DNA from: Hamiltosporidium tvaerminnensis FI-OER-3-3
Lineage: Eukaryota; Fungi; Microsporidia
NCBI GenBank assembly: GCA_022605425.2
Contig: JAKIMF020000011.1
Location: forward strand, 1 to 64,000
Direction of reading: 5' to 3'
DNA: 64,000 nucleotides
Shown here piece by piece: positions 55,371 to 64,000 of this stretch. The notes under the pieces are model-generated. The model was not told the origin of the DNA. It saw only the letters and a program-made list of their open reading frames with translations, and did no database searches. The translations under genes and the position numbers were made by a program. Each line of letters starts with the position of its first letter. Positions within the stretch are counted from its first letter, which is position 1.

Positions 55371-58096
55371 AAATTTAGAGCGAAGAATCACTAACTACAC
55401 ATAATCAAAATATAAAATTTAATCAAATCTGAAAGGGTGAGTAAAATATAAGTAGGAAAAAATTAGAAAAAGTGAGATGTTTGTAGGTTATTCAAATCGA
55501 TTTGGCTGAAAAAAACACAAAAATATTTTTAACATTTATTATATTTCGAACACAAAGCCTTCTTGATCAGATCTAAGAATTATCTAATACTCACTATGAT
55601 TTTTACGATGCAGGCACAAAATTCTAATGACTCTGCAATGTATTACTAGAACTATGTATTTTATCATGCAAAGCCCTATTCTCTAACTAGTTTTGTTGTT
55701 TCCATAAATTTTTCTTTTCCAGTTTTTTAAAAAATTTCTATTTCATAACTCATATTCATCTATTAGTTCCTTGTATAAAAATGAAAAAATTTATATCTTA
55801 ATATGAACATTTTAAAAAGCTATTCTCAATATAACTTTATTCTAAAAATACTTCACACATTAAACAGGTAATATAGGCTGCTCATATTTCTAAATGAACC
55901 TGGAAACCGAAAATAGTAATTCTTTTAGCATGATAAAATTGACTCTAGACACTCGTAATAAATATACATCAACATATAGTATCTTAACACATCTCTAGAT
56001 AGAAAGAATCAATAACCTCCTCTGCAAAACCTACTTATATTCTCTATTTATATCTGCTCTGCTCTGTTTCTGTACAAAAGCCCTTAGCATCTTTTAATGT
56101 TATAACCTTATTTTTGAAATCTTCTTATAGAAAAAAATTTTTGAACCTTTTGAACTCCTTACACAGCTAGAGTTATTAAGGAGTATCGTGATCTATGAAA
56201 AAAACCCTGAATTTATTTTTCTAATATCATATGTAGTATTGCAAACAGAGGAAACACTCAACTTTACACTTACCAGATAAGAAAATACTCTGGTTGGATA
56301 AGAAACCGCAATAGTATAGTTTTTATTTCTATTGGTGTTTTCTTCTACTTTAGAATATTTCTTTTTTCTGTTCACACTTCTTCTTTTACCAATTCAATTT
56401 ATTTCTCTATGGAGGAGAATATTTTTATAATAATATTGGTAGGGATAAACTTTGTAAAATAAAAATAAAGAAAATTTTGAAATATATTTAATGTATATAG
56501 AATGTAAATACGAAAGAAAATAAATATTTTAATTCATAAAAGAAAATTTTCGTAAAATTTCAACACGTCATTACTTTTATTAGAATATCATTTTGTTATA
56601 CTACCTTTCCATATATAAAAAACAAAACTATTTTGAGAAGTTGATCTATTTAAACAAAAGCTTAAAATTTCAACAATTGAAAGAGTAAAAACAATTTTTA
56701 CGAATTATTAATGGAAATATAATCGAAAATATCGATATATTTAAAAAAATTGTGACAAATAATAACTTTACATGTTGAACAATCTTTTACTTATACGGGA
56801 ACTGTACATAAACAACAAAACCTATATAATTCAGGTTTAAATACTTATAATTCTTTTGGTGATTTTTATTAAATAATAATAATTCAAAAATAAAAATTTT
56901 ATTGTTAGGATCTGATCACATTTAAGGAATCATATATAATCGGTCTTTATGGTATCTTAAAGACACCTGAGATTTAAGATACCTTTTCTCTGGTATTTTG
57001 GTTTACTTCCTATTTTTTAGGGTTAGATACGATTCTTTCTAAATGCGACTTTAAATATCAAAAAACCTTACAAAAAGCAATTTATATTTTCGATTTTTAT
57101 TCTTAAAATAATTTCATATACAAAAGATCTTAGCATGGTTAAATGACAGAAATTTTTTATTTGCAATAATTGACTTGACATTAGAGAAAATCAAGAAGTT
57201 TTAAAGAAAATAATTTTTCTTGAAAAAGGAATATACAAATTTTTAATAAAAGAAAAATTTGTTTTATTAATATATAGCTTTAAATTACTTATCTGTCTCT
57301 TTTGTGATTTCAGATAATATTTTTGAGCAGAAATTTTAATATAGAAGTGTATAAAAATGATCAGTCTGAATTATAAAAATATGAATTAAGCATATTTCTC
57401 ATATTCGTTTTACATTTATCTATAGATTTCAACAGGGATAAGTCTTTCAGTCAAAAACACAATTAGGTGTCCTTTAATAGTTCATAATAGTTTCATCTTC
57501 TAAAAACTTAGAAATATGGTTTTTCTTCGTTAAGTTCAGATTTAATTTAACAACTAAAGGTTACCTAAAATTAGAACCGCAAAAAAGTTTGTTATTTTTT
57601 AAATAAATATTATGAGATTTTTACATAAGAAAAAAATAGTTTTCTCGTAAATTTAATAAATAATATTTTTAATGCTGATTACTTAAGGAAAGTAATTTAT
57701 ATCGAATAAAGCTAAATGAAAATCATTTTAATCTTATGAAATGAATATTATTTCTTTTGAGTTCTAAAATCAAAAGATGAGCTGAATGAGGGGTTTTCTT
57801 ATTTTTATCAAATGTTATAAATTATAAAAAATTATAATCGTTTTTTTGAGGTATATGCTATATAGGTCAAATCCTATTGAAAATTGAAGAGTTAATTTTA
57901 TAAAAGAAAATTTAAATAATTTTCTGACAAAGTTTTCGTGTAACAATTTACATTAAAAATAAAAATAGCAAATTCTATGAAATAAATTCTTGATAATGTA
58001 TAGAAATTTTAGAAACTATAAGATCGTGTGTTTTGATGTACATATTGATTTCTTTAAATAGGAGTGAGGGTTATTCAAAGTCTGAAAATGAAATTT

Positions 58097-58900
58097 TCAT
58101 TGTGTTTGAAGATTAAGACCAGACAGATTATTTTTCCCAGAAGAAACATTTTTTTTACTACTTAATCCAGTTAATTTATTTTTTAAAGAAATTCTGTCCT
58201 CATGTTCAGTTCGATTTGTGTATGCTAAAATATCTTTATATATCAAAAGGAAGCTTGAATTTTGGTAGTGATCAAATCCGAAATCCCCTTTTTGTAGTGT
58301 TAGTACTTTGCCATACTGACATAATTGCTTTAGCAAAACCATGTGAGAACTCAAATTACATTTAAATAAGCCAAGTTTTAATTTTTTTATTTCCTTTTCT
58401 GCTATCTTTTATATTTACTTTTCGAGTAGGTTTTTTACTTTATACTTACCTTTAAAGCTGAGCCAATATTATGATTATTTTTTACCTGAAATTTTTTATA
58501 CTTCATTGTTAACTAGCTTAATTCCTGCTTTTAAATACTTTCATATTTCTTTAACTTTATGTTACATTTTTTTGTATATGGTTTTTATTGCTTTTAAGGT
58601 AAGTTTAATCTATTTTGGTTTGAACCCTTTCTGGTGTTATTAACAGTATTTACTCGATTTTAATATTATCTATTTAGTCGCCATAGAAACTTTGAACCAT
58701 ATCAAGTACATATGGGACACTTAAGCTTTGTTTCTAAATGACTACAAATATTGTTTTAAACTTATTCGATTTTTTCGTTTCAAAACCTCGATTTAAATAT
58801 TTAGGTATATCAATATTTTTTTTAAAGGTAGAAAACGATTTATGTTTGTTAAATATTTCCTATATTCAAAACTATGGTTTTTTTCATTTTTGAGAGCATT
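58097..58900 (-). pseudogene. Decayed K-rich ORF ending in supplied ORF 58097-58354
   Basis: The frame of the 85-aa ORF continues upstream through in-frame stops (KAGIKLVNNEV*KISGKK*...IAEKEIKKLKLGLFKCNLSSH...). No family recognised. Confidence 0.25.
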
Positions 58901-59569
58901 CTTGATATTCTTCGCTTAAGTCTAATGGCTTGTAAAATAAGATTATTTTCCTGAAATCGGCAAAATAAAATATTTTAATAGACTTTTCGCTTTTACAATA
59001 TAATTGTTTTTTTTAATATTGCATCTAAAACTTATAAGTATTGAACAGTTAATGCAAAAAAAATATTTAAGTTATTTAATTGTTATTTTTCCTCGGTATT
59101 AGGTTACCCAGTTTTCCTAATTTGAATCTACATTTAAAGCTTCTTTTTAATTTGGATTAATGGCTCACCTTGACTTTCTGAAATCCTATATATCTTGTTA
59201 TAAAGACTTTACAATATTTAAGTAGAAGAAAATACACTTAGCCTAATTTTATACTTATATATTTTTTTGTGCGTTATTATATTCTAGAATAGCAATTGAT
59301 TTTTCATTCTTATAAGATTTTCTATATAAAATATTTATTTAAAAAACGTTCTACATTTATATCTCAAACCGAAGGGTTTAAACTCTCTTTAAAAGTTAGT
59401 ACTGCTTAAATTATTTCTTCAAATTCACTTGGAGTCATTGTGCAATATCTCACTTTTTGCAGTTTTTTTCTATTTCTTTCAAGCGTTCAATTGCTTTCTT
59501 AGAATTTTTTAGTATCTTAATTTAAGTGGTACGGTTCAATAATGCTTTATTTTTTATACTTTAGGCAGT

Positions 59570-60130
59570 TTTTTTTTTTTGTTTTTTGATTTAATTTTAG
59601 ATTTTATAGGACTTATGTAGTGAGTTTGCGAAGTTTAATCTTATATAAGTTTTTAGAATGCTTAATACATTCAATGTCTTTTTAATTTGTACTTTTTAAC
59701 ATAAGATTTTATTGTTTTTGAATTTTTTATTTTGTTTTTTAACTTTTTTTAAAATTTTTTGGAAAGATTTGTATAAATTTACAAGAATTTTTTATTTTCT
59801 AAAGTTTTTTATATCTTTTTACATATACTTACAATGTTTTTAAGTTTTTTATATGTTTTTACCGTTTCCTTTCTGTTTTGTAAGTTTTCTCTTAAATTTA
59901 GCTGTTTTTTCGCGTTTTTTTACACCTTTTCAAATTTTTAATTTTTTTATTTTTTTCATTTTTTTCAAATTTTTTAGTTGTAAAATTTTTAAAATTTTAG
60001 ATTTGATTTGAATTTTAACAACTTTTTTATTTATCGGCATATGACCAAGTTTTTTTGAAAATATTAATAAGAATTTTTTGTTTTGAACTCTATAACAAAT
60101 GTAAAATTTTTAGTTTTCACAAAAATATGA
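59570..60130. repeat. T-tract-rich low-complexity region
   Basis: Repeated T5-T12 runs separated by short aa/aaaa linkers. Confidence 0.6.
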
Positions 60131-61509
60131 AGATTTTTAACAAATTATTAACTTTACGAATTATTTCGTGATTTAAATACTTGCCCTAGTAAAAGTATTA
60201 AACCTTAAATCTTGTTTAATTTATAATAAATTTTTTATTTTATGTATTATTTTAGTATATTATATAATTAATTTATCTTTTTCCCAGGCTAGAATTATAT
60301 TTTAGCAAGTAAATTCTAAGAAAAACCTAGACAAAATATTTTTGCACACTAATTTTTTTAACATTCTTAGATATTACATTCTTTTTTCAGTAGTAAAAAT
60401 TTTTGAATTATTTTCTAATACAGTTTTAAATGTAGATTTAGATCATTAAATATTGGTTTAATATATTCTAACTAATTCCCAATTTTGAACAATACTTATT
60501 GTATACTTTTTATTAAGATTGATTTTTCCTGTTAATATAAGTTGAATTGTAAATTCTTAACATAGAAATAGAAAAGTCAAAGCAAATATTTGTGCCTAAA
60601 GTTATCTCCCTTTAAACTTAAGATATCTTAATTGTATAATCCTAGCTGAGAGTAATGGTATTAAGTTTTAACTGATATAAAGTTGTTTGTCGTTTTATAT
60701 AAAATTACTTTATTTGTTTATTATTCTTTTAGATATCTATTAAAATAACTGAAAACTTTCAGCTTAAGGAAATTATGTAAGGTATACTTCGTAAAGTAAG
60801 TAAAATTGACAAAAATCATTTTTTGACTTTAGTAAAATTTAAAAACTCATAATTTTATAAGTAGATTAATTTACCTAAAAATGGCATGGCTTTTTAAATC
60901 TTTAATATTTCATAAATTATACTTAGAGCTAGTTTTAACAACTTAATGTATGTATAGAAATCCCGAAATTTCTTTTACTTGAAAAATATTGTTACAATTG
61001 GACTTTAGATTACACAAATAAGTAGTTTTCTTTTATAAAAAATTTAATTTAGTTTTGCATGTTTTGATTTAAAAAGTTTCATTTGCTTTAAATTTTTACC
61101 TTTTTCTGTAAGAAAATGTACGAAATTTTTTGTACTATATTGTTTTGATGATCAACTATTAATATAGTACGATTTAAAAAAATATCAAGAGAACTTTAGT
61201 TTCCTTAGGTTTCGGTTCGAATAAAAGAAAGAGAAACAAGTAATATATAAAAAGTGTATAATATTTCTACATTTAGTGAGTTAATATTATTATTTATCCT
61301 TTAATCGAAAGAGAATAAGTTATACATACAAAAAATGAATAAATAATTGATTTTACTTTTTAGATACCAATTATAAGCGGAGTATGGGTATTTGCTAACT
61401 TAAAGCATTTCTTTATGCCCGAGGATGTTTCTTTTTTAATAAAATATGATTTCTTGACTTGATACTTTTTGAAAACCATATACTAAATTTTTCTAAAATC
61501 TTTTAATTT

Positions 61510-61760
61510 TTTAACGTGTATAGAATAAATATTCTAGAAAATAATATCCAAAGTGAATTTTTTCTAATGTTTCTACAATAGATATTCTCGAAAAATATGA
61601 AAAGTGTCACTTAAAAAAAGTGTAAATATAATGGATATTCTCGAAGAGAATAGTAGAATCATCGTTACTTAAATGTCGCAGAGGGCAATTCTCGAAAATA
61701 ATATCAGAAGTGTATTATTTTTAATGTATCTATAATAGATATTACAAGAGAGAATATCTT
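61510..61760. repeat. ~52-bp minisatellite, ~5 diverged copies
   Basis: (t/a)attctcgaa(a/g)a..aata core at ~61530, 61583, 61636, 61687 and 61740. Confidence 0.7.
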
Positions 61761-64000
61761 TAAACAAAAATTTTATGATTTTTAGTATTTAAAATGATTT
61801 TATATTTTTTTTATTAAGCTATGGCATATGTAAATAAAATTTTGGGATATATAGCAAAAAAAGTATTTGATTATAGAAATATCATGAACTCAAAGTCATG
61901 GAGATGTTCATGTTGTTTTTATAGGCGAGGTTTTTTCAAAGAGACAAAAATGATTTTTAAGGTTTTCTATTTTTTTTACAATATATTTTAGCTTCTTTCT
62001 TAAAGTTTACTAAGTTAATATATATATCATAAAGATGTAAAGATTCATCATTGTATTGTGTTAATATATGCAATTGGTTAAAAAAATGGAAACCTAGAAA
62101 AATAGCTGCAGTTTTTGAACCGTGGCCTCTTCTACAGTTATACTCTTACTATCTATGAGATAGAGAGTGACTATTCTTAGTTAACTTATAATCCGGATGC
62201 TTGTATATAACAATTTTTGCCATACTAATGTAGAACCCCTAAAATACATGCCACAAATACTGATCGATTTCATTACTTTGATATTTGCTGCTTAGTATAC
62301 TTTTTGTTCTACTATCTAAACTGATATGGTTTGTTAAAGGACTATTAAAATTATTTGCATAAGTATAGACATAAATTGAAAGGGTGGTAAACAAATAACT
62401 CGTTCGATCTCGTAAAAAGGTCGAATTTACTAAAATGAGTAAATAATTTACTTTTTAAAATGGTTATATATAATCATATCATCCTATATACCTGTTTTAC
62501 AGTAACACTAATGCAATAAGCTCGATGACGAAACAATATTGGCTAATGATAGAATGTTTTTAAGTAAGGTATAAAATCAAAGCATTTTTTACATAAAAAG
62601 ACTTCAAACACAGTATGTCATCTCGTATTGAGAAACTTAATAGAAATTTTATGTACATATCATTACCTCTTTTTTCTAAAATTTAAAGCTTGCTATGTGG
62701 TCTCTATACTCTCCTCCACGCTGTACTTATCACGCATTTTGTACATATCTTTTGAAATGTTTTTTTACTTTTAGAATGAATGTTTCGCCCTAACATTTCA
62801 CTAGCTGAAGTTAAAGAGTCTGTTTAAATGAGGCATAGTAACCTGTTTGGATAGTTACTTAAATACTTTTTACATGCTCACGTATATGCAAAAGCTATGA
62901 AAGAACACTTACAAAAAAAAAATTTATTATCGAGCAATATTTGATTTTGGAGATAAATGCATTAAGACCTTTATTATTTTAGATAATTTCGCTTTATAAA
63001 CTTAAAAAAAATTGTCTAGGGCAATTTACGATTTATATCAACATATACTTTAAATATGGCCTATATCTTTCATTTTCTAAGTACTAATATATGTAGGAAG
63101 ACTTAATTACAATGCAATTTAATTAATTATGTGATTATAATTTCTTATTAATTTCGGAAAATTAAAGTTTTTTTTTTTTGAACCTAAAAATATTTATTCT
63201 ACATTAAACAGTCAAATACATTTTTAAGCATTTTTTTCACAGCCATTAAACATTTTCTCTATGATTATATAATCTTACTATTCTTATGTATCTAAAATAA
63301 GAAACATTTATTAATTTTTTTTTACTTCTTGAATATTTTATATGTATATAACAAACTTCCTATGTCAAGTTTCTACATATTACCTTGTTATTTACAACAA
63401 ATTTTTCTTTCAAAAATAAAAGTATTCTTTTGATGCGATGTATCAAACGATTTACAACAATTTAATAAAAGATTTGCAAAATAAATCTAGATTAAATTAT
63501 TTCTCGGTTTAAAGACTTTTAAAAATTTTAAAAAATTAAAGCAAAAAATATACAAACGCTGAAATTTAACAAACTGTAAAATTACCTAGAAAAAGTCATA
63601 ATAATATTTACTGACTTATGTTTTTCATTCGTTTTAAAATATTCAACTCATTGGCTTTTGATTTTAATTTATTCCTTACATTTAAACATTTTTATCTCAT
63701 TATTTTTAAATTAATTAAATTTAGTTAGATAAATTCTAAAAGAATATAAAAAGCTGTACTTGAAATTTTAAAAATTCAAAAATAAAATCTCTTTTTATGG
63801 AGTAAGTTCTTTAATTTATTTAAAAGTAATAAAACATTTGTTTGGTATCAATTATCGTTTTTTTCTTAGGAACTAATTTAGTTTGATTTTTTCTGGCTTG
63901 CTATTTTAAAACACAATACAATATATTATGCTATGATAATTTATTTACTGGATTAATAGCAAAAATACTTTCGTTTTATTTACGACTGAAATATATATTA

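Noticed and set aside
1-64000. Alternative genetic code (TAA/TAG = Gln, or TGA = Trp) hiding intact genes
   Set aside because: Relic ORFs contain all three stop types plus frameshifts that differ between paralogous copies. At least one apparently conserved TAR triplet falls outside the frame giving the shared peptides.

Overview
Very AT-rich (by eye about 20-25% GC), apparently eukaryotic DNA with no intact, recognisable protein-coding gene; the supplied ORFs are short fragments or shadows. The window holds decayed genes and repeats. (1) Four diverged, frameshifted copies of an unidentified large minus-strand gene lie at about 2.2-6.3, 8.3-10.6, 15.6-19.5 and 51.7-54.0 kb. (2) Four copies of a ~690-nt GC-enriched element lie at 6.35, 19.5, 31.5 and 42.04 kb. 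The best-preserved copy folds on the + strand into a large multi-helix RNA with an end-to-end closing helix, a cUUCGg hairpin and crossing (pseudoknot) pairings. Two copies sit head-to-head with the unknown gene as one continuous ~4.5-kb duplicated cassette. (3) Two colinear arrays of a ~190-bp satellite with palindromic cores flank a ~50-copy unidirectional TAACACCC motif array and the best-preserved RNA copy. (4) There is a bipartite RTE-type retroposon remnant and several low-confidence pseudogenes (LRR-like, serpin-like, AP-endonuclease-like). The main candidate novel system is the multicopy large structured RNA plus its linked unknown protein gene. Host identity (possibly a large-genome microsporidian or another AT-rich eukaryote) is only a guess. 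All translations, alignments and folds were done by hand.
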